Shown here: positions 39,165-50,932 of the stretch, piece after piece | Layout: the number at the start of each line of letters is the position of its first letter | Numbering within the stretch: the stretch's first letter is position 1 | Source of the DNA: Felis catus | Lineage: Eukaryota | Direction of reading: 5' to 3' | DNA: 64,000 nt | Assembly (NCBI RefSeq): GCF_018350175.1 | Contig: NC_058373.1 | Span: forward strand, 101,434,001-101,498,000 | Program-made: the position numbers and the translations under genes | The notes under the pieces: generated by a model | The model's database searches: none | What the model was told of the DNA's origin: nothing | The model's input: only the letters and a program-made list of their open reading frames with translations

Positions 39165-40010
39165 AATGTCAATTTAAGCACTTATTGTTTTCCCCTCCAG
39201 CCTTCCTCTCTTAAATTTGCTTATCTCAGTTCATGGTTTCTCCATTTACTAACCACCCTAACGTAGGAATTTCAGTCATTTATGTATCATCCCACCACAT
39301 TCAATTCTAGACTCAGTATGTCTCTTGGGTTCTTTTCTTACTTCTGCTTCTACTATTACTGTCCTACATCATGTCATCTATACCTGGATTACTGTAATAG
39401 CCCTCCAATGAGTCCCCCTTCACCACTTGCTTTCTCTACTCCAAGTTATTTTTCACGTCCCTGGCAGTTACCTTCCTAAGGTACTGTTATAATTGTGGTG
39501 CACTCTCTCAGTCCAAAAGCTTTTACTAGTTTTCTGATTTTTCTTTTTTTTTTTTTTTTTAGAATTAAGTCCAAATGTCCTAGCATAGCATTCAAGGCAA
39601 CTAATAAATAGAAAGTGTTCTGTATTTCAAAACTTACCTGCCATTTCTCCTCACACACAGCCTAGAACAGATTCATCTCCTTTTCTGAATCATGTCATGG
39701 ACTTCTGCACTTCTAAAACTTTGCACTTTTCCTCTAGCTTCATCTATTCAAAGCCTGCTTCTGCTCTAAAGACCAATTCAAACATTACCACCTCTAGGAA
39801 GCCCTACCCAATTCCAAGACAAAATAAATCACTCACTCCTCAGAGTACATATAACACTTTATTTAGCCCTTTATGACAATATGACTTGTATTCATTATTG
39901 TGGAATTTTCCATCTCCTCCTAAAGGACAGAGACAATAGTTAAACCCTCTAAAGATGGTCTTGGATGCCTAACATAGTACCTTAAATAAGGTAGACATTT
40001 CATGAATTGA
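39165..40010. mobile_element. L2 fragment
   Basis: acctggattactgtaatagccctcc, agaattaagtccaaatgtcctagcatagcattcaaggc, cattaccacctctaggaagccct, cctaacatagtacc...taggtagac: L2 3' region motifs. Confidence 0.75.
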
Positions 40011-40346
40011 CCAGTATAAGAATTATTCATTTTCACTAAAATCTGAACCATGGATAAAAGACCAAGCCAAGAATCACAATCAAGGAAGACTTCAAGGAAG
40101 AAAGGAACCCCAGTTAAAAGCTACTCAAACTGAGGCGCATGAATAAGTCTTTCGTAAAAGAATAGATATAGCCTAATCCATTGCTTCTCAACATTTTCAT
40201 ATTCACACATTCTTGCAGAGGGTTTGACTATGGTTGAGAACTGCCCTGACCAAATGGGGAGACTACCTCTTTTTCAGCAGTAGAGACTTAAATCTGCATT
40301 TAAAAGGGTTAAATCAAGGCTCAACAGATAAACAGCACAATAAAAC

Positions 40347-40348
<2 letters not shown>

Positions 40349-40394
<46 letters not shown>

Positions 40395-40450
40395 AATCAT
40401 ATATATATCACATATATATTTATATATATACTACATATATATATATACAA
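40349..40450. repeat. (TA)n / AT-rich microsatellite
   Basis: Read directly. Confidence 0.95.
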
Positions 40451-41385
40451 ATCAAATAAATATACAACATGTAGATCTACACATCTAAGATACTATTTCA
40501 TTTAAACACCTTTACACACACAGATCTAATGATGTCTTAATAAAACAAATATTTAGTTCACATTTTTGCCATCATTCCAAAAAGGGAAAAAAGCCAAGAA
40601 CTAAAACCATCTCCTTAGCCTTATTGGCATTAAGTAATCAAATTCCCTGCTACTCAGAAATCCAAGACAGGCTTATTGCAGTTCTCATTCTCGCCTGGAA
40701 TGAAAAAATGAACTCAAACTTCCAAAAGAAAACCATAATTTTCCAACATCTTCTCATAGAGTCTTGCCTCTCCCCTGAAACTTTTGAGTCAACTCTTCCT
40801 GAGATGAATCACGTTAAGAAATGAATCTCTTAATTGCACTGTATAAGCTAAACAGTAAGCCATGACCTCATCACCCTGGATGTAATAAAAGGGCAGAGAC
40901 ACTCAGGCATTTCAACAACATCTTAATTCCTGCACTGTTCTGGTTTATTATAAAGCAGGCCTGTGTGCAGGAAGACATTTTTAAAAATGCTTTTATCTCC
41001 ATTTTGCATGTTAGCAGATCTCATGGTCTCATCTCTCTGCAGACAGAGGTCTGAACTGGGCAGAAGCTAAAGCAGGCAGGCCAATGAATTCACCTGAGGA
41101 AAAAAGAAAGCCAGTCTTGGAAATGACACAAGTACTCAAGATAAGCCAAGAGAAGAAGGACCTCAACCTACACCATTACTCCCCAGACTCCAGCCCAAAA
41201 CACACAAACAAACAAAACCTGGAACTGAAAAAATATCTGAATGTCACAGCCAAACTAGAGAAAAAGCAATAGGAGGCCAGAGAAGAAATGGGGGAGAAAC
41301 ATGATACTACATCCTTTGGCTGACATATCACTTTCTGACCCTTGATTTACCATGAAGTCCTTCTTCTGATGATTATAGTATCGTT

Positions 41386-41624
41386 CTTTTTTTTTTTTTT
41401 AGTTTATTTATTTATTTTGAGAGAGAGAGAGAGGGAGAGAGTGCACATGTGTGCCTGATTGGGGGAAGAGCAGAGGGAGGGAGGGAGAGAAAGAGAATCC
41501 CAAGCAGGCTCTGCGTTGTCAGTGTAGAGCTCGACATGGGGCTCAAACTCATGAACTGTGAGATCATGACCTGAACAGAAACCAAGAGTCTGATGCTTAA
41601 CCTACTGAGCCACCCAGGTGCCTC
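41386..41624 (-). mobile_element. Can-SINE
   Basis: Reverse-oriented SINE with T-tail; degenerate TSD tatagtatcgttctt / tacagtagcattctt. Confidence 0.95.
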
Positions 41625-41909
41625 TACAGTAGCATTCTTATTTTGCTAGAAGTAGCATTGGGAAGCTCCCATCTGTATATGCAGCCCTCTACAGAGTGCA
41701 ACCCATATAAGCACAAATGTCTGCCTACTCTGGACCTGGTACCAATGAAAAATTCCTAAAATAATGGTCCAATGAGAGAAATAAATCATTTGGATAATTT
41801 TGCAAGAAAGTTCATCTTTGTGTATGGAAGAAAATGTATTTGTACCACAATCTATCAGTAACTCCAAATATAGATATTTCAACAAGAGTTAGCACTTTAG
41901 CCTGTCAAA

Positions 41910-41910
<1 letters not shown>

Positions 41911-41960
<50 letters not shown>
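41911..41960. repeat. (CA)25 microsatellite
   Basis: Read directly. Confidence 0.97.
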
Positions 41961-41965
<5 letters not shown>

Positions 41966-42322
41966 CATTTAACTTGTTTAGGAGGATAGAAATTGGCCCC
42001 AGCATACAGACGAGGTACTGAGAGGTACAGCCACCAGCAGAATTCTGAGTATCAATAATTCCATAGGCTCAACCACCACTGACCAGGAGTGAGTATTCTT
42101 TCTTTGCGTCCTTTCCTAGCCATACACATCTATTGTTCCACGTGTTGTTAGATGGTGCTACTGGTTGCAAACATTTGTGGGCTTGCTGTTTAGCATTCCG
42201 CTGCTTACCACTGTTGGAGTACTGACCAATGGGCATTCTGTTCTGAATGCCCATTTAAAACTGAGCCTTCACCTTTAGACTGGGTGCCTGGGAGAAAGCG
42301 GCAAAGTTGAAAAGAAACTTAC

Positions 42323-42396
42323 CTCGGGGCACCCAGCCCTGAGTTCATGGCGCCACTCATACCGTATCCCACAGAGCAGAACTTCAGTTTCACCAT
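42323..42396 (-). other. Candidate 74-nt exon derived from a MIR
   Basis: Minus strand: gtgactattccctttttacag|ATGGTGAAACTGAAG...GCCCCGAG|gtaagt; consensus acceptor and donor; start resembles the MIR core ttttacagatgaggaaactgagg. Confidence 0.5.
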
Positions 42397-45300
42397 CTGT
42401 AAAAAGGGAATAGTCACTTTACTTGAATTCTGAGACTTGGTAGCTTATGAAGCAGTGACTTACCAAAAGTGCAGCCAATCCTACAGACAGATACTTTGGT
42501 AAAAATTAGGCATCTATGTTGTGAAAACTGTCCAGAAAGAGTTGAGATTGTTGGCAGAGACCAAGATTTTGCCTCATAATCAAGATTAAATCTCTTTCTA
42601 TGACTGTCAACATTAAGTTGACAAAACTACAGTGTTTATGATCAGTATGACCTTGACATTACTAAAATTAAGACAGTGCTTTGCTCTAATCAACTGTGAC
42701 ATGCACTATTTTCAACAATGGCCTTTCTGCAAAAAGGAGAGATGGGAAATAAAGCCTATTGTAAAACTCTTTTCTCCAAGTACCTTGAAACAGCTCTTTC
42801 TAGGAACAGTCTCGCATCTTCACAAGATAATAGCATTGTCTCAATTCGAAAGTTAAGGAAGACAATAACCCAAGCTCCACGAAGTTGGTAAAGTTATGAT
42901 ATATGTCATTTGACAAAAGCATTGACCCTGGGGCAACATAAATACATGAAGCTTTCCTTTCTTCCTCTCTTTGCTCAAAGACAGCACAAGGAAAGGAGGA
43001 AAGGAGGAAAGGCTCCCTTCCTGATATAGAAGTTCCTCTTTACAAAGTAGGAATGAGGAAAAGCACGCGCACTGGTACAATTTCCAAGACATTTCATGAT
43101 TCCTTAAATAGAAAAGAGTATGCTCAGGATATTTCAAAACAAAACAGAACAATAACAAAAAAAAAGTTGAACTTGATTTATGTATAACATTGGCCGGTGC
43201 TTCTAGAGGTATGGAGGAATGCAGAAGTGAGAAAAAGAGTCTAAATACTCAAGACCATGATAATTGTCCGTGAACTTACTATTCCAGGATGTTTTCTCAT
43301 CAAACTTTAAGTACAGAAGAAAACTATACGCATACAAGGCATCTCGGACCGAGATACTCTTGTTTCTCTTTCGTTTTCACTGTTTACAAAGCGACCTTGA
43401 GCAGCCCTCGTTTATCTTTACTGCTGTTTGCTGACTTGTGGTGTTTAGATCAAGTTTTGATACTTGTGTCTTTAGATGGCCACGAAAACGCAGCTGGTCC
43501 AGAGGCCAGCTGGAGGGAGAAATTGCAGGGCTTATCAAGTCATCCGAGGGGCCTTGTTGTGCTCATCCTTTGTAAACAATAAGACATGTCAGCATCCCTG
43601 GTTGCTGTCATTGCTGACAGTTCTCTAAAGACCAGCAAGTGTTGAATTCTTTAAAGTCGGGTTGTGCCCAGTGAGAGAAACGATAGCGTGAGATGAGGGG
43701 GACTTCATGGATATCTGAGTACCTTGGGAAAAGAGAGGAGTTGAGGCTCTTCACTCAGCAACCTAATGAAAACTAGACAAACAGTCTTGCATTTAATATA
43801 TAGTTTCCACCAATTCATGCTTCTTTTGTTAGGAACAATTCCACCCTCTATATGGAAAAGAGACAGTTAGAAATAAAGAAATAATTTCTCATTGACAAGG
43901 GAGCTTCAGGTAAAGCAATGCTTATGAAAGGCAAAGAAAGGATAAGAAATTGAGTTTTTATTGGTAAATTTCCATTGCACAACCATTTTATTGCTTGAAC
44001 TTCATAGACCCCAAAACTTTATGTCCTTGAACAAGTAATCAAATGCAAAAGGACAGAACTAAATAATCCATCTGGGATAGCCAGGGCTGTATGCAAAACA
44101 CAAGGAATAAAATACAAGTCTTGAAGGAATATAAATGAGAAATTGTGGCAAAGAAGGGAAGGACCTGAAAATAAGTTATTAAAGCAGTATCTAGTGCTTA
44201 AAGAATAATGAACTTTACATGCTTCCCTGTAAAATCCTTAAAGGTATCTTTTGAACAAAGATCTATGTGCATAAGTTAATTATATCACACACAAAAAGGC
44301 CCGACTCATAACATTACTCAACCTTTCTAACATCAGATTTTTAAAATGTATAAAATGAAGATTAAATTCTTTTCATGGAAACGGATAACATTTGTTGAAG
44401 TAGAACAAAACCTACCTGAAGTGTCAAAATTCCATTATTACAGCAACTGGTAATGTGTTATATTCAAGACTAATTTTGCCATGAAATTTAAGTTACAGAT
44501 TTTGAGGTTAATAATGTTTCAGAGGAAAGAAAATTTCCAGTGTTTCTATTTTATTTTTTCTAGGAAGACTTCCCAAAAGCATTTGCGCCGTTAAATGGTC
44601 TAAAAAGTCTGCAACAACAAAATGTCTCAGAGCCACCTGTATATTAGGATCCAAAGCTTTGAGAAGAATCATCCTTTCAATATCAAGTTCATCCCTGAAA
44701 TAAGGATCATCTCCATAAACAAGGCCAGAACCTAAGATTCCACTAACGTAACAGTATAGTTTTTAACTCGGACTATCACTTGTTGCCTATATTATAAACA
44801 TCTATTTGATGGCACAGAGTCATGGATTATTCTTTCCAAGTTTGTTCTTTTATCTTCTTGCTGGAGACAGCCAGGCCACATCTTATATAGCTACAGGTTA
44901 AGCATTGAGCCTGAGAGTCCATCTGAATCATAAAATGCAGACAGCAATTTAAGAAAAAAATTTTGCAAATTTCTATTAACTACGTAAAATCACCCCTGTT
45001 TACCTAATTTTCCTACAAGCAGAAAACCAAAGGCCTATTGGCATGGCCTAGACAGACACTGCTAAGCAGCTTTCCAAAGAGCAAATGGTCAAAATAAAAT
45101 AAAATGAAAAAGATTTGCCTGTCATGGGAGTTGGTCAATAAAATGCAACAGTGTTTATTACAACATTTAAAGTCTGTGATTAAGAACACCAAAAGGCCTA
45201 AACTAGAAAGGTTTTCAGCCTGTAATTTCCCTGCAGTCCTGGCCTGTACTTCCTTATGAGTTAGCTCAGCAGGGCTTTTTTTCCATGTCCATCATCAGCT

Positions 45301-45771
45301 TGTAATTATTGCCATTCTCAAAGCTATGCCAGATGGGTCTTTAGAAGCAGGCATGCAGCTTGTTTATGAGAGAAAGAGCTGTAATATTACTCTACACAGA
45401 GACCTATCTGGTCCTACTCAAAGAGCCCTGCTCCTCCCTCCCCGCCCCCCAAACCCACCCCCACTACTATTCTGTCTTCCTCCCCTAGACAGCCCTCTCT
45501 GTTTCAGCTCCCTGTCCCAGCTCAATGGCCTGGTGAAGGGCTGGGACCCTGGGAGCCAAGAGATATCTGTATCTTAAAGCATTTGGCCTAATCGGCACCT
45601 TTCACCATTCCCATATGGAAATGAGGCCAACACCCAAGGGAAAAACGAACTGCGGGCTCTTTCCCCTACGTACCCTTGTGCAGAGGCTTTATTCGAAACA
45701 CCAGAGCTGTGCAGCTACTTTTCAGAACACAGATCTCCCTAGATACCACAACAGTGCCTTCCATTTCTCTT

Positions 45772-45839
45772 TTCTGGGAATTCCTCACTGGGGAGAAGAG
45801 AAATTCCCGGCAAGATTCTCAAGGACAAACCTTGACTCA
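45772..45839. promoter_or_regulatory. STAT3(GAS)/NF-kB/AP-1 motif cluster
   Basis: TTCTGGGAA (45772-80) overlapping GGGAATTCCT (45776-85); GGGAATTTCT on minus strand (45799-808); TGACTCA (45833-39). Confidence 0.6.
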
Positions 45840-46199
45840 TTTTGTCGTAAGAAGGTTGAGGTCAAGGAGCTGGGCAAAGCAACACAGGCAAAGGCAAAAA
45901 GCACCTAACCGGGGGTTCATCGGGTGATAGGCCTGGGGTGTTAGGTATCCCAGAGGGCCAAGCAGAGCTTCAATCAGCAGTTAATGAGGCAAGACCTGCA
46001 ACAGATAGCCACTTTTAACTTACAAAAGCTTTTAGATGTCTCTGTTTACTTTGATCCATTTCAGTTCATTTGAGCCTGGTTAGGGTGCATTTTACTTTTT
46101 TTTTTTTTCTCTGTTAGATAAACCCTCTGCTCCCACCCCATTCCTACCCCACCTCCCAAACAATAGTATCATTTACCAACTTAATACTTAAGTTTTGAG

Positions 46200-46860
46200 A
46201 TCTTCTGTCAAGGTCGGCAACAATTATATAAAAAACAAGGAGAGAACCACCGGTCTGCCTGTGGAATGGTCATTTCAGAATCCCATCAGTAAAAGATAAG
46301 TGGAAAGGAGGACGGGACAGGAACGGCTGCATTTTCAGGCAGATTTAGTTATTTGTTTCTGATTAGGTGGAGTACACGTTCTTTTATCTCCTGTTATTTT
46401 ACCCATGTGATGACCAGAGAGCTTTCTTTGTTAAAATGTTTCAGAGCGGATAAAACTAATTTACTGCAGTGTGAAACAATCCTGAAAGAAACTGTACCTG
46501 ATGGTCACGGACAGGAAAGTCACTTTAACTGGCCGACGTTCCCAGGCCCTGGGGCTGGGGCTGGGCCTGGGGCTGGGGCTGGAATTCCCAAATCCGGGCA
46601 GAAAGCGCTCCTGTACCGATGGATTTGCACATGGGTCCCACTCTCAACGGGAATACTCTGGTGTAATGAGCTTTTAATTAGGTGGGCTTGGTGCTTGACC
46701 CTCAACTGTACCGCGGGCCCGTGTCTAAATGACACCTCTCCACCGACAGGAGCCGCTGAAGGCCCTGGAATCCTTCCCAGCATGCCTTGGGGGACCTCTA
46801 TCCCAAGAGGCCCCTGACCACCCATCTTCCCAGCATGCCCTGGGGCCCCTGCTGCGACCT
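46200..46860. promoter_or_regulatory. Promoter-like region (TATA, G4, kB, CpG-enriched)
   Basis: TATATAAAAA at 46225-34; G-tracts GGGGctGGGGctGGGcctGGGGctGGGG at 46551-78; TGGAATTCCC at 46580-89; elevated CpG at 46500-46860. Confidence 0.5.
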
Positions 46861-48589
46861 TGCCCTTTTCTCTCTTGTTTATAGCCCTTGATGTACGCTA
46901 TTTCCTTTCTCTCTCTCTCACTCCTGTGCCACTTCCCAATACACCTTTTCTTGTTCAGAATATTACATTTGAAGCAGGTGTATATTTAAAAATAAATAAA
47001 TAAATAAATAAATAAACCTCTGGTCAGCTAGCCAGCAAAATTAACAAATATATGTGGGCAAGTCTGGTTGGGTATATGTATTGCTCAAAAATACACTTTT
47101 CTCAAGTGAACCATATTCCTATTCTCCACTCCCCACCCTAGTCCTGACTTACACATTTCCAGGAAGTATTATGAAGATATAAAAGCTAGTGGAAGGAACA
47201 GGATGAAATCTTTCTGCACTGCTACCCTCAAATAAATTGCAACTACTTTGAAATGTTCTTGAAATCCTGTCCAGTAAAGACCCCAAGGAACCATCAGGGA
47301 AGTAGAAGCAAGAAAACCCAATATCTATTTTGAGTCCTTCTTGTTGGAAAAGGAAGGACTAAGTATCCAACATTAAGTTAATTTTACCTCCCAGGAAGGG
47401 TCTTAGGCACTGAAGGTGACTTATCTGTAGATCTCACGTTGGGACCTCAAGCCTAATGATTTACATTTATTTTGCTCTTTATCAAGTCTTCAAAATGAAA
47501 TTTAGGTTAGTTTATCACTGAAAAATATTGAACTGTTTGGTTAAGAGGCATTAAGTTCAGAGAAAACAAGTGCAGACATCTTAAACTGTATTCGTGAAAA
47601 CAACAATAATAGTAACAGCCAATATTTATTCAATGCTTGTTAAGGGATAGCTGCTTTAAATGCTTTAAGATTCTGCATAATTCATAAAATGTTTAACGTG
47701 CAAGCTTACCTAATTCTTGCAGTTAATGACGGTGGCAGTTGCTAAGCTGTAGGCCAAGTTATTCCTTTCATTCATGGTCTAGAGAGAGATGACACGGGCA
47801 TGTTGAGTCACTCAAAACAGGCTCAAACCACCCCAAGGAGTTTGCCTGATGAAAGGTTTTCTTTTCCTTCAAAGCCACTTCCTGTGTCACATGACCTGTA
47901 TCACTCCAAAGATAATAACACTGCATGCTTCCAGAACACTTTTATCCAAAGATCTCAAAGCATTTTCAAATGTTAATTAAGCCTCCACCATCCTGGAAGA
48001 TAGCAATGCCAGTCTTGCTGTTTAAATACTGTATTCCAGAACACAGGTTGTTCTAATCACTAAGAGGGGAAAATGGAGGCCTCTCTGAGCAAATTCAGTG
48101 CATAAGCCACTACCCAAACACTTATGACACCCAAAATTCTCCTACCTCTCCTGGGAAACCACAGCAGCATCTCTGTTCTAAATTGTTCCCTACTCCCACT
48201 GATTGTTTCCACTGGAAGAACCACATCCAAGAAAAAAAGTTAGAAGAGGAAGGGGAGAAAAAAAGGCCTTCTAATAGTTCTACTTGGACAGGGGTAGAAA
48301 TGTAGGTAGAAATATAAGCAATGTATATCTGCAAATATATAATCATTCCCAATAAACAGCAAGGTTCCTTTGTTACACGCTTTTTCGATTATCATGATGC
48401 CCAGAAGGTAGAAAATAAACAACTTTTCCCAAGGCTTAAATATGTTCACAACACAGTTAATCTGCCCTCCTATTTCACAGGCATCGTGGACTGTTCTGAT
48501 AATCCCAGAGAGCAGTCAGATTTCAGGTAGTTTATGTACCTTTTAGTCTGTATAAAAGAAGACCATGTAACAATGAAACGTCCCTCAAG

Positions 48590-48967
48590 ATCTGCCTTGC
48601 CTCCTTTCCAGTTTCATCTCCCTCCACTCTGCCACACTGGCTTTCTCTCCATCCTTCCAAGGGGCCAAAATTTTTTTCTACCCTGGGGTCTTTGAACAGG
48701 ATTTTCCTGCTGCATAGAATGCTTTATCTCCTATTCTCAAAAAAAATCCCACTCTTAGTTCCCAGATTAAAGGTCACTTCGTCAGAGAAGACTTACCTTT
48801 CTATTATTAAATTAGCTTCTAGAATGCCTGGGTGGCTCATTGGGTTGAGTGTCCAACTCTTGATTTCAACTCAGGTCATGCTCCCAGGGTTGTGGGATCG
48901 AGTCCCATGTAGGGCTCCCCACTGATATGGAGCTTGCTTGAGATTCTCTCTCTCTTTCTCCCTCTCT

Positions 48968-49004
<37 letters not shown>

Positions 49005-49280
49005 TTGGAATTCTCCCCAGCTAGCTCTCTCTCTCTCTCTCTTTCTCAAAAATAAAAATAAAATAAAAAAATAAATTAGTTTCTATTATTCTCTTTAATG
49101 ACAGATGGTTTTGATTATAATATAATGAGATTTTCTTTGTTTACTGTCTCCCTTCTAGATTATAAACTCCATGAAAATAGGGACTGTGCCTGTTCTGTTC
49201 ACCACTGCCTAAAACTCATGCTTGGCACTTTGGATGCCCTCATAAAATATCTGCTGAGTAAACTGAATGAATGAATCTTT
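48590..49280. mobile_element. L2 3' fragment interrupted by a SINE
   Basis: gccacactggctttctctcc...aaaggtcacttcgtcagagaagactt...ctagattataaactccatgaaaatagggactgtgcc...tgaatgaatgaa. Confidence 0.8.
48822..49072 (+). mobile_element. Can-SINE (older)
   Basis: tgcctgggtggctca head, (CT)n, A-tail; TSD aaattag(c/t)ttcta. Confidence 0.92.
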
Positions 49281-50289
49281 TAACCCGGTTTATAAATCAT
49301 ATTTTTCTCTTGCAGTGATATTTATAGGATCCAGAGGACAACAGAGAAATAGATATAAGAAGTTTGGCTGTCATTTTTTAAGTTTGGCTGTCTATTAATA
49401 CCAAGAATAGCAAACAATCTTGGAAGTACAAGTAAATATGATTTACAGTAAATGTTAAGCATCTAAAGTAGGTGTTTTACCTACATTATCTTATTTACTG
49501 CTCACAACAACCTCGAGGGATGGACACTACTCTTGTTCTCATTTTGCAGTCACAAAGACCAAGTAATTTCCCCTTGTCTCCACTTATTCATTAATTGAGC
49601 ATTCACTGTTTGCCAGGCACTGCAGTGGTGGATCAATGAACAAGACAGCCATGGCCTCCTGACTGGGGCCTTTGTCCTTGGTCCTCCACACCAATAATAG
49701 CACAGTGCATTCTGGCATGTAGTTGGTGTTCAACTGTAAACAGTGAGAATCGGGTTTAAAAAAAAAAAAAAAATTCAAGAACTATGATTGAATCCCTTCA
49801 GAGTTTGAAACGTCCCACAATACTGCTTTACTACCAGTGCTCCTTACTGACTTTCCTGGGGGGCATATGATTTGCCATTCATTCTGTAAAGACGCAGAGT
49901 GCAGAAGGAGGTCACAAATCACTCTGATATTCTAATAAAAAATACAGTGATCGATGATGAGAGTTTTAATTGATGGTGCCACATTGCAGCCAAAATGATG
50001 TTTCTAAAACACAAATTTGAAAATCAGATCATGTCTCTTTTGTGATTTACTAGCTTGTAGGGCTTCCCAATGGTCTTGGGACAGAGTCCAATCTCCCCAT
50101 CTCCTTGATGTGGCTGCAAGAGCTTGGCTGCCTCCTTGGAATCATGTCTCTTCACTGACTTCACTTGCTTGTCTGCAGTCTTTTAAAAAAAACATTTAAC
50201 TCCTCCAACACCTCTAGGCCTTAAACATGCTGTACCATTTTTAGCAACACCTTCCCTGCATTCCACACCATCACTACCACTCTTTACCT

Positions 50290-50932
50290 GTGTCAAGTGG
50301 AGGGTTTATTTGTGTGGAGGGTTTTTACTGGGAAATGCTCTTAGGAACAATACCTGTGAAGAGGGAGGGATGCAGGATTGAGCAGAAGGAAAAACTGAAC
50401 TGCAATACAGGTTCATCTGAGGCCTCCACTGATCCTAAGAGGAGCTCTGGAACTGAGATGGACCTTCAGAGATGTCTGCATTAGGCAAGAAGCTTGACCT
50501 TTGAGGGCCTGGGTGGCTCAGTCGGTTAAGTGTCCGACTCTTGACTTCAGCTCAGATCATGATCTCACGGTTTGTGGGTTCAAGCCCCACGTTGGGCTCT
50601 GTGCTGACAGTGCAGAGCCTGCTTGGGATTATCTCTCCCTGTCTCTGCTCCTGTGCCACTCATGCCCCCTCTTTCTTTCTCTCAAAATAAATAAATAGAA
50701 ACTTTAAAATAAAAATAACACTATATTATTAAAAAAAAAAAAAAAGAAGTTTAACCTTTTACCCCAGTTGCCCCTGGAGATGGAGATAACCTTGAGCAAG
50801 GAGGCTTCCTTCAGCAAAGGGCAATTTTTAGGGGAAGAACTAAGGTAAGAACCATCAAAAAACAACCTTATTGCCAGCAGGGGAATGAGTGTCCCATCCC
50901 AGGGAGGTACCTAGATGGTGTACCACAACATC
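50290..50932 (-). mobile_element. ERVL LTR16-like LTR, interrupted by a SINE
   Basis: ttttactgggaaatgctcttaggaacaatacctgtgaag...gcaggattgagcagaaggaaaaactgaactgcaat...ggagctctggaactgagatggaccttcagag...aaccttgagcaaggaggct. Confidence 0.65.
50503..50743 (+). mobile_element. Can-SINE
   Basis: cctgggtggctcagtcggttaagtgtccgact head; TSD aagaag(c/t)tt(g/a)accttt. Confidence 0.95.

Noticed and set aside
42150..42160. AGATGGTGCTA equals the first 11 nt of miR-29a on the minus strand (or an 8-mer target site on plus)
   Set aside because: The rest of the mature sequence and the precursor do not match; a single site is expected by chance
44540..44705. Strong-looking plus-strand splice acceptor (tttctattttattttttctag|G)
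   Set aside because: All three frames stop within about 140 nt, with no clear donor and no recognisable peptide
46551..46582. GGGCT repeats resembling an immunoglobulin switch region
   Set aside because: Only about 30 nt long; switch regions span kilobases and no Ig exons are present
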